DNA of 63,881 nucleotides, the filler included, from Octopus bimaculoides (lineage: Eukaryota), in assembly GCF_001194135.2 (NCBI RefSeq). It is 4 parts of 4 records of this genome, joined end to end, with 100 filler letters (N's around TTAATTAATTAA, not from the genome) between each part and the next. Parts side by side here need not be neighbours in the genome. Positions count along the whole stretch, not along the records: positions 1 to 29,099 come from NC_068995.1; 3 more parts are not named here. One strand, 5' to 3'. The stretch's first letter is position 1, and every line of letters begins with the position of its first letter. Positions 13,044 through 23,432 of the stretch are shown in pieces. The translations under genes and the position numbers were made by a program. The notes beneath the pieces were generated by a model. It had not been told where the DNA came from and made no database searches. It saw only the letters and a program-made list of their open reading frames with translations.

Positions 13044-13463
13044 TCCATTTTATCCTAAAAAATTAGGATTTCAGATTTGACCGAATAAGATGATGTGGAT
13101 GATCGGAGAGGCGGTAGAGATAAATGTGGGATGACGTGGGCTTGCAAAATAACTCTGTCACTATTCTGCCTCCAGATAACTTGACTTTTGGGTTCAAAAA
13201 TTCAACGCTAGTTTTTGAAAAACTAGACGTAAATTTTATGTTGGACTTAAAGCCACAGTTTCTAGCTTTATGCTAGAAACTATGGCTAGTTACAGAAATG
13301 CAAAAAAATTCGTCATCAATCATCAATGAACCGTTACCAGAGTATTGGTTTATGACCATGAAGGGATTTGAATGTCCCCAGTAACTGTGTCTCGAATTTC
13401 GTCATGAATACATTAGCGAAATTACCTGCCATGGGGTTACCCATGGCGCAACCCTTCGTCTAG
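13044..13463 (+). mobile_element. Non-autonomous Helitron-like element
   Basis: 3' hairpin gccatggg-gtta-cccatggc (13428-13447), 12-nt spacer, CTAG followed by T (13460-13464). The 5' TC boundary is tentative. Confidence 0.6.
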
Positions 13464-13761
13464 TGGTAAAATCTTTGTCTAAACTTCATTGTGTTACTTT
13501 CTAACACAGACCTCAATAATCTACAGAGAAAATTTGATGGAATACTTTTGTTTGCTTGCTTTTCGAAGGTATTCATGCATGCTTATACCCCTTCATTGTG
13601 GTTAATATTGGGATATAAGGAAGGAACATCCATGATTACCAAAAAAAAAGTTCTCGACATGGCCTCGGTGCTTAAAAAAGTTGTTGATTTTAGATACAAA
13701 GTCAAAGGTATCCCGAGTATAAGAACTTGCTCGTTTTGTGACGGGGAGTAGAAAGCAATCC

Positions 13762-13801
<40 letters not shown>

Positions 13802-15424
13802 TTAATAATATGTTGCGTGTGTAAAATGGGAATACATACAATGAGCTTCTCTGCCCTAGGTGTACGGAAAACACTCGGCGAGAAATGGAAGAAAATTTGA
13901 AGAAAGAAGAAAAAAAAACAATAACATAATAATATGACCATTAATAAAGTAACATTAGTAAAAAGTAATGGTGATGATGATGGCAGCGGTAATGAACAAA
14001 CTCTTGGGCAAAAACGATAAGTTCGAATGCAGGAAAATGATATGTGAAAGGACAGAAGTCACAGGTATGAGAACTGTAAGGAAAGCTACAGATGGGTGTA
14101 GTGAAGATAGTGATAAAAATAATAAACTGACTTAAGCGACTGTTGTCTGATATGCATTCCACTGGATTCTGTTAAAGTAGAGTGTCAAACGATAGGCACA
14201 TATACCAAAACATATCCATGGTCCTCTGTTACTCTGAAAATAGAACTAATCCTCACAAGCTCCCATAAGAAGTTTCGTATAAACGCTCCTCCTTTTTTGT
14301 CAGGAGAAACTTTTTATTATGAACAGAAGGCTATCTCTGAAATCCACACTCAAAACTTTACCATCAAGAGCCAATCAAAAATTATTCCAATATGTATTAT
14401 TTTGCTAAATATCCTTATCGTTGTTTATGTTGATTATAATTTGTTTCACTAATGTTTGCTACAATAATTTCGACGCCTAACAAAGCCAAGCGTTGTTCAA
14501 ATGTATCCACATATGTAGTTAAGCCTTTTCTAAAAATACCTTCGACAGTGTTAACTAGAATCAAAATGCTGGAACACGATTAAGTGTCCAGTGAGTAGAA
14601 AATACATGTAAAAATATAATTATATAGATTTAGAATCGGTAGGGTGCACATTAAAATGTATAAAGAACCTATCCAAAACACCTTTAAGTCTAGGTTCAAA
14701 CAACACGGTCATTCTTTTATGTCCAGAAAGAATTACAACGTATATCACGTTGTAATTTGTTCAAATTGTGAGATACATTCGAACTTTTTAATGGGGAACT
14801 TTTTTTTAAGGGAAAAGAACGATATTACGACTTACTTTGGTATTGTCGCAAAGATAAAGGCATAAAAAGGCCAAGGAAACCGTTGTCGTTATGTGCAACT
14901 GGAATACTGAATAATTTTATCCTACTGGGTTGTATTTTGAATGTGCGAGATCAAACATTCTAGTTGTACCTTCGTGCAAAGAAAGTAAAAGCTTTCAAAT
15001 AAATCCCTGTACAAGTGGTGGTTTCGAAATGCAAACTGGTTGAACACGCAACTGCTAATGAGCATGCCCGTTCCTCTCGAGCGAAACATGTGGTTACTCG
15101 CATTTTGACGCACAAGTGCTTTCATGAAATCCACACCGAAGACTTAATCAAAAGATAAACCAAATATTATCGCAATGATTATTATTTTGATAAATATCAT
15201 TATAGTTATTTTTGTAAATTTTAGTTTAAATAATTTCGACACTTAGCAAAGCCAAGTAAAGTTGTTGTATAGAAAGAAAAATTATTCATTCCGGTTGAAC
15301 TTACCCTGGCCACACTCCGAGGAATCTCCATAATACTGAATTGCGACATATTTTTTTTTAATTTTCAGTTGAAAATATGCATTTAACTGTAAATAGCACG
15401 CAGAAAATTTTTTAATTTTTTATA

Positions 15425-15612
15425 TGTTTCAGTCATTTGACTGCGGCCATGCTGGGGCAATGCCTTTAGTCGAACAAATCGACACCAGAACTAATTCTTT
15501 GTAAGCCTATCTATCGGTCCCTTTTGCCGAACCGCTACGTTACGGGGACGTAGACACACCAGCATCGGTTGTCAAGCGATGGTGGTGAGACAAACAGTCA
15601 CACAAATATATA
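15425..15612 (-). mobile_element. CORE-like SINE family A, 3' half
   Basis: tgtttcagtcatttgactgcggccatgctgg..gacaaaca is the reverse complement of the tail of 15708-16090. Confidence 0.85.
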
Positions 15613-15707
15613 CACACATGTGTACACACACACACACACACATACACACACACACCTGCGCACACTATTTATGGTGGCAATATCATATACATATATATTA
15701 GTATATA

Positions 15708-15864
15708 GGCGCAGGCGTGGCTAAGAAGCCTGTCTCCCAAACACATAGTTCCGGGTTCACAGTCCCACTGCGTCACACCTTGGACAAGTGTCTTCTACTA
15801 TAGCTCCGGGCAGACCAAAGCCTTGTGAGTGGATTTGGCTGACGGAAACTGAAAGAAACTCGTC

Positions 15865-15900
<36 letters not shown>

Positions 15901-16090
15901 ATGTGTGTGTGTGTTTGTCTCCCTACCATCGTTTGACAAAGGATTTTGGTGTGTTTACATCTCCGCAACTTGGTGATTCGGCAAAAGATACCGATAGAAT
16001 AGCTACTAGGGTTCCAAAGAATAAGTCCTGGGGTCGATTTATTCTAATAGTGCTCTAGCATGGTCCCAGTCAAAATGACTAGAAAAAGTA
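15708..16090 (+). mobile_element. CORE-like tRNA SINE family A with central microsatellite
   Basis: tRNA head (gggttcacagtccc B box), caccttggacaagtgtctt CORE-like motif, (TA)(TG)n centre, tail ending gtcaaaatgact. Other copies: 17140-17310 (+), 36035-36210 (+), 36265-36350 (-), 42368-42520 (+), 44760-44880 (+). Confidence 0.88.
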
Positions 16091-16114
16091 AAAGAAAGTA
16101 AAAGATATATATAA

Positions 16115-17390
<1,276 letters not shown>

Positions 17391-17963
17391 CGCTTTTTTG
17401 TCATAGTATCACTCACATATTTGAGAGAACTGTCGACTTCCACTTCCTTTCTTGCAGTTGAAGATATTCGTGTGGTCACTGATTTGCGGTTTGCAGCAAA
17501 ATTAAATTTAGCTTATTCACTAGAAACACAAGGCATTTGTTTAGAAGAACAATATACTTAGAATTGGTATCAGATATTACTTTGTCAAGTATTTTCTCCT
17601 TGTTACATGATTTTGAAGTATGTAATAGCTCCATTTTTATTGTTGCACACACTCTTCGTTACATAAACTGATATGTACATCAGGATATAATATATTTTAA
17701 TCTTCATCTGCTGGTCTGTCCATCCGTTCCCACACCCCACCCCAACATGGCTGTAGTTGGAGGTTACATTAGAAGCGGGGAGAACCACAATACATGAAGT
17801 AGAAATACATTAAAACAAAGATTTAGTCAATTCCAGGGGAATTTATCAGGAAGTGTATGATGGATTCCACTCAAAGGCAATGAAATATAACGGTAATGGT
17901 CCAGTAAGAGTTATGTATGTATGTATGTATGTATGTATGTATGTATGTATGTATGTATGTATG

Positions 17964-18011
<48 letters not shown>

Positions 18012-18029
18012 CTATTCTATCTATCTACA

Positions 18030-19080
18030 TACATACTGTTGAGGCGAGAGTCACTGACACGACTGGGGTATTGGAAGAATGGACTAGCCGAACTCTTATA
18101 AAGAGTCGTGGTCGATAGTAGTCAGAGACGAATGCTAGAGTTCTTCAGACTTTACGTCGGCTGAGGAAGAGCTGTTTAAAAGTCTGAAGAGAATAGACGA
18201 AGTAATGGAGGTGAAGAATTATGCAGAGGCAGTGAAAGATAAAAGCGAAGGCGTTAAGTAGATTTAAAGAAATGCTTAAAAGGAAGGAGAATGACGTAAA
18301 AGTGTCCCCCCACACACAAAGGAGTTTTAAAAGTAAAAAAGGGAAAAAAAACCATTACTTACAGGACGTACTCAGCAGCAACAAGGAAAGTTGAAATCGT
18401 CAATCGCTCGAGTTGAAAAGGCATTAAAACCAATCTGGCAAGGGATTTCTTACCTTACCAGAGGAAGAAAGTTTGGAACAGTGGAGATGCAGTTCCGGGA
18501 GGTGGCTACTGCTAGGCGGTACTCGGCAACACCCTTAAAAACAGATGAAGTGGTGCTTCTACCCATATACCTTGGGAGACGTGCTTCCAGGGTTAGGGTA
18601 GAAGATACACCCCCAGAAATTGATGTAGCCTGGCTAGCAGCTGCTATACTGCTGGGCACGGAAGAGATGGTTGTGGTTCTCCAGGTCACCAGAATGTTCC
18701 ATAAGAACTGGCAAGGGTAGAACCTAGATATGATAATCCAGGCGGCCCCGGAGGCCTTGAAAACATGGTCGAGACCATCACAGTCGAAGAGATGACACTC
18801 AGGGTCAGAGTAGAAGGCAGGATCCCGTGATGGACTAAAAGGAAAGCCGAGAGCAGGAAGGAAATTGCAACTTCGATGGAAGCCAGTACCAGTACCAGCG
18901 CCGAGGAAGAGGAGGTGAACGAGGAAAAGAACGGACGGGAAACGGCTGGAAAAAAAAGAAGGAAAACAAGGAAAAAAGTATACTTTGTAAATGTTGACCC
19001 CATCCCACACGCACCTGACTCCCACTCACAACCATTCTACCTCAACCTTCCCCTACAGAAACCAACCCTTCTCCATGCTC
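18030..19080 (+). mobile_element. LINE ORF1 remnant, L1/Tx1-like
   Basis: Purine-rich decayed ORF (VEKALKPIWQGISYLTRGRKFGTVEMQF..PIYLGRRASRVRVEDTPPEI..RVEGRIP) with a basic K/R tail; stops present, no RT follows. Confidence 0.6.
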
Positions 19081-19850
19081 CATCTGACACAAAGATAAAC
19101 ACAAGCACACAGGAGCCCCAAACTTTCTCACCCTTGTCCTGTAAAAAAAAAAAATGTTATACTGTCCAACGGACAAAATGAAAAGCTTTATAATGAGATA
19201 GAGTCGTGGGACAGAGCGATAAAAGTGAATACAACAGAAGTTAGGGGATTGCCCAACTACATACATACACGCACACACATACATGCATGCATACGTACGC
19301 ACGTATGTATGTATGCATGTATGTATATATCAAGTAACTAGAACACGAAAGCGCTTTTCCAGTACTTAATTTTTCTAGAAGGAAAGAATTGATATTTTGA
19401 GATGATAATTTCCACAGTAAGTCTGTATGTATGTATGTATGTATGTATGTATGTATGTATGTATGCATGCATGCATAATAAAGTACTGAAAAAGAAAAAG
19501 TTTTTGTGTTTTTGCATTTCGTAACTAGAACACAAAACGTTTTTTCAGTACTTCCTTTTTCTAGAAGGAAAGAATTGATATTACTGAGATGATAATTTTT
19601 ACAGTTTAATTGTATTATAGATGATATCGGTTAAGAATTTGATAAGCAACACTTTAATTACATTCAAAGCATTCCTTTTAAAAGACCCAGAAACATATGT
19701 TGAATAAAACTTTGATACTCGTTCTTTTTTTCCGATTCCTGGGAGCTTAACTCTTGTCCTAACGCATTCAGGAGAGAAATATTTCCATTGTTCTTTGAAT
19801 TTTAGCTGTATGCGTTGTTTTTCATTTTTTTAAGAACTTATTCCTTTATC

Positions 19851-20012
19851 CACATTATTTACATTATTCACATTATTTACATTTGACGGATATTTGTACT
19901 CATCTTGTTTGTTGTTAACACAACGTTTCGGGTGATATACCCTCCAGCCTTCATCAGGTGTCTTGAGGAAATTTCGAACCTGGGTTCTCATCCCTAAGGT
20001 ATTTTTTGATGC

Positions 20013-20057
<45 letters not shown>

Positions 20058-20125
20058 CATATGGCGTAGTGGTTAAGAGCGCAGGCTACTAACCCCAAGA
20101 TTCCGAGTTCGATTCCATGCAGTGA

Positions 20126-20160
<35 letters not shown>

Positions 20161-20426
20161 TCGAAAAATACCTTAGGAATGAGAACCCNNNNNNNNNNNN
20201 NNNNNNNNNNNNNNNNNNNNNNNNNNNNNNNNNNNNNNNNNNNNNNNNNNNNNNNNNNNNNNNNNNNNNNNNNNNNNNNNNNNNNNNNNNNNNNNNNNNN
20301 NNNNNNNNNNNNNNNNNNNNNNNNNNNNNNNNNNNNNNNNNNNNNNNNNNNNNNNNNNNNNNNNNNNNNNNNATGTAAATAATGTAAATGATGTATATAA
20401 TTCCCCATCTCTTAAATATAGAACTG
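19851..20426 (+). mobile_element. tRNA-headed SINE with hammerhead-containing tail, preceded by an inverted copy of its own tail
   Basis: Head 20055-20130 has A box TGGCGTAGTGG and B box GAGTTCGATTCC, then (AAT)n and a tail (centre lost in the gap, ending ctcttaaatatagaactg at 20426). Segment 19851-20054 is the reverse complement of the tail. Confidence 0.85.
19917..19962 (-). ncRNA. Minimal type I hammerhead ribozyme motif with canonical core
   Basis: gacac-CTGATGA-a-ggctg-gagggtatat-caccc-GAAA-c-GTT-gtgtt: stem I GACAC/GUGUU, stem II with one C-C mismatch here (cagcc in the other copies), palindromic AACGUU stem III. Confidence 0.8.
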
Positions 20427-20520
20427 TATTACTCCTTTATTGTCTTAAAATTATTTTTATGAAGTTGTTTTACTTAACTCCAAAATGCAAATTTTCATTT
20501 CACATTTTTTTTTCTTGCAG

Positions 20521-21563
20521 ATAATACTGAAAACTCCGATAAAAAGACACAACCTTCAAGCAAATTAGTCGAAAAAACTCTACGGAAACGAAAATTGGTC
20601 TTCGACGAAGAACACTTTCAAGATGCATTCCTTCGCTGTATCATCTGTCGAGATGTATATAACGATACAAACAAAGCCCCAAAATCTTTACCATGTCAAC
20701 ATTGCTTCTGCCTCAACTGTTTTCTGGAAATGTTCCGCGTGGAAGGCGAGTATCGACAGTCCCTGACTTCTGCTTTCAGAGGCATGCCACGTGCAGTAAA
20801 GATTCAATGTCCGACTTGCAGGGAAAGCATTATTGCCTCTGAGGATGACCTCCGTCGACTTCCAAATCAAAACAGTATCTTGGAGCTTCTGAAATTCGTT
20901 GAACAAACAGGCATCACTGATATTTCCTACTGCTCCAAACACCAACTACAACCAATCAACTTTTTCTGTGAGTTGTGTTCTGTAGCTGTCTGTAGTGATT
21001 GTACAGTTATAGACCACAAGGAAATAAACGGTCATAACGTGATGAGCATTGATGAAGCCTTGAAAAAATATACACCAGTTATTAACGACTCTATTGAAGA
21101 TATGGAAATACAAAAACAAAAATATCGTGAGAAGCGACTGCAGATTCTTCAGCGAATGGAAGATGTAAATAAAATGGAAAAGCGTGTCGCAGCAGAAATT
21201 AAAGAAGCATTCCAATTTTTCCGAAATGCTATCATAGAACGTGAACGCAATATCACTTCCATGGCTGAACAAGAAGCAAACAGAAAACGAACCCATCTCA
21301 ATGAAAATCTGCGTCAGATAACGGAAAAAGAGGAAGGTATGACAGAGCGAATTAGAATTTTAAACGCAGCCAAAACTGAAAAAGATATTCCATATATGTT
21401 CTCTACGTACAGTGCTGCGCAGGATTCATTAAGTGACAACATTGAACTGCCTCATCGAATGGATGACGGATTTGATCTGTCTTTTCATTATAAAACCGAG
21501 AAGTTAGATACAGTTACTTGGGACCTGAAAGAATTTGGTTTTCTGACAATCGAATCTTCATAA
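20521..21563 (+). CDS. Terminal coding exon of a TRIM/RBCC E3-ligase-like protein (RING-HC, B-box2, coiled coil; no C-terminal domain)
   Basis: Intact 322-codon ORF with C3HC4 RING (CIIC..PCQHCFCLNC..CPTC), B-box (CSKH..CELC..CSDC..DH..GH) and a long heptad-rich helix, stop TAA at 21561-21563. A polypyrimidine tract plus CAG acceptor (tttttttttcttgcag) ends at 20520, and the frame stays open from 20523 (NTENSDKKTQPSSKLVEKTLRKRKL). The ORF-track TTG start at 20595 is therefore not the real start; the upstream intron is phase 1. Confidence 0.9.
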
Positions 21564-22189
21564 TGAATGTCCTCCAGAATTAATTATTGTGTGGTTTTGG
21601 GTCATAAAATGTGCCTCTATTATAACCAATTAATGTGCCAATTATTTTATAATCTTAATGATTAAAGATAACTTTGTTTCATTTATTTTTCAACTGTAAA
21701 ATATAAGTATTTTCGTTTATTTTGAATGAAATGCTCACAGTTTTTCATTCTCATTTATTCTGAAGTTAAACTATTTTGTATTAGCTCTCCATTTTCCCTA
21801 ACATAGAATCTTATTCAATGTTAATCTAACTTTCGCCAGATTATCTTCAGCATGATTGTTATTTACATTCCAGTTATAAATACCACCAATGTCAATATTA
21901 CCTTATATCCTTCTGGAGTTGATATGTACCAGTCAAACACTGGTATATTTGAAACAGTAAAACAAAAAAAACGTGGTAGATTGGCCATCATTAGAGCGTC
22001 GGACAAAATGCCTCGTAGTATTTCTTCCGGTTTTGAGTTGAAATTCCACCAGGGTCAACCTTGCTTTTCACCCTCCGGATTTGATCAAATAAAAACCGGT
22101 CAAATATTGAAGTCATTGTAAATGACTACACTCTGCCCACTAAAATGCCGGTCTCATGCTGAAGTTTGAAATAATATTGAAGCTGTTGT

Positions 22190-22362
22190 TGTTGTTATTA
22201 TTAGTAGTAGTCTTATTTTTATCACGTGCTTTCACTACACAACCGAGCGCAGCTCTGTCTTGAGAATGTGCTGTGGTTTGTTGTGGTGCTCTTATTCTCA
22301 CTGAATTGAAAGTGTGTGGTGACTAGTAGTGCTATTTTCTGTATATTATATATACTTAATTC
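22190..22362 (-). mobile_element. 5'-truncated R4/Dong-like (RLE-type) LINE 3' end
   Basis: SIYNIQKIALLVTTH, the C-terminal QK..LLGT.HILR motif of RLE LINEs, plus a 3' UTR ending in (ACT/AAT)n; abuts (AAG)n-(AAT)n. Confidence 0.65.
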
Positions 22363-22443
22363 TTCTTCTTTTTCTTTTTCTTTTTCTTCTTCTTCTTCTT
22401 CTTCTTCTTCTTCTTCTTCTTCTTCTTCTTCTTCTTCTTCTTC

Positions 22444-22488
<45 letters not shown>
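22361..22488. repeat. Compound (TTC)n-(TAA)n microsatellite
   Basis: Directly visible. Representative of dozens of (CA)n, (TA)n, (TATG)n, (TATC)n, (AAT)n and (GA)n tracts across the window. Confidence 0.95.
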
Positions 22489-22495
<7 letters not shown>

Positions 22496-22499
22496 TAAA

Positions 22500-23432
22500 G
22501 GCGGCGAACTGGCGGAATCGTTAGCACGCCAACCAAAATGCTGAGCAGTATTTCGTCTGTCTTTATGTTCTGAGTTCAAATTCCGCCGAGGTCAACTTTG
22601 CCTTTCATCCTTTCGGGATAGATAAATTAAATACCATTTGCGTACTGGAGTCGATCTAATCGACTGGTTCCTTCCCACTCAAATTTCTGGTCTTGTGCCT
22701 AGAGTAGAAAAAAAAAAAAAATAAAACAAATAATAATAATTATTATTATTATTATTAAGGCGGCGAGCTGGCTGAATCGTTAGCACGCCAGGCAANNNNN
22801 NNNNNNNNNNNNNNNNNNNNNNNNNNNNNNNNNNNNNNNNNNNNNNNNNNNNNGCAGAGGTCGACTTTGCCTTTCATCCTTTTTGGGTCGATAAATTGAG
22901 TACCAGTTGCGTACTGAGGTCGATCTAATCGAGTGGCCCCTCCGCCCAAATTTCAGGCCTTGTGGCTATAGCAGAAAGGATCATTATTCAGGTGGCGAGC
23001 TGGCAGAAACGTTAGCACTCCGGGGAAAATGCTTTGCGGCATTTCGTCCGTCTTTAGTTCTGACTTCAAATTCCGCCGAGGTCGACCTTGCCTTTCATCC
23101 TTTCGGGGTCGATAAATTAAGTACCAGTGAAACACTGGGGTCGATGTAATCAACTATACCCCTCGCTCAAATTTCAGGCTTTATGCTTGTAGTAGAAAGA
23201 ATTATTATTATCATATTAAGGCGGCGAGCTGACAGAATCGTTAGCACCCGGGAGAAATGCTTAGCGGTATTTCGTCTAATTTTACGTTCTGAGTTCAAAC
23301 TCAGCCAAGGTCGACTATGCCTTTCATCCATTCGAGGTCGATAAATTAAGCACCAATTGCGTACTGGGATCGATCTAATCGACTGGCCCCCTTCCCGCAA
23401 ATTTCAGGCCTTGCGCATATAGTAGAAAGGAT
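22500..23432 (+). mobile_element. Tandem array of four tRNA-derived SINEs with a Meta-like central domain
   Basis: Units start at 22500, 22759, 22991 and 23220: ggcggcgagctggc (A box), gagttcaaattcc (B box), gaggtcgactttgcctttcatcc..gataaattaagtaccag, tail ending gtagaaa, separated by (TTA)n. Confidence 0.9.

Noticed and set aside
13620-13800. Additional RLE-LINE 3' end (KKVLDMASVLKKVV followed by (AAT)n)
   Set aside because: The resemblance to the QK.V.LDTA.I.RK motif is too weak to call without an alignment.
14960-15050. VQV-WFRN resembling homeodomain helix 3
   Set aside because: It needs a frameshift, flanking residues do not fit a homeodomain, and the frame has stops.
20055-20130. Functional tRNA gene
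   Set aside because: The acceptor stem is not formed and the sequence continues into a repeat tail shared with 58270-58505, so it is a SINE head.
20595-20597. TTG start assigned to the TRIM ORF
   Set aside because: The frame is open back to a canonical splice acceptor at 20520, so this is a spliced exon and not an alternative start codon.
22500-23432. CRISPR-like or tRNA-gene array
   Set aside because: Units are about 230-260 nt SINEs with no unique spacers, and the heads do not fold as complete tRNAs.
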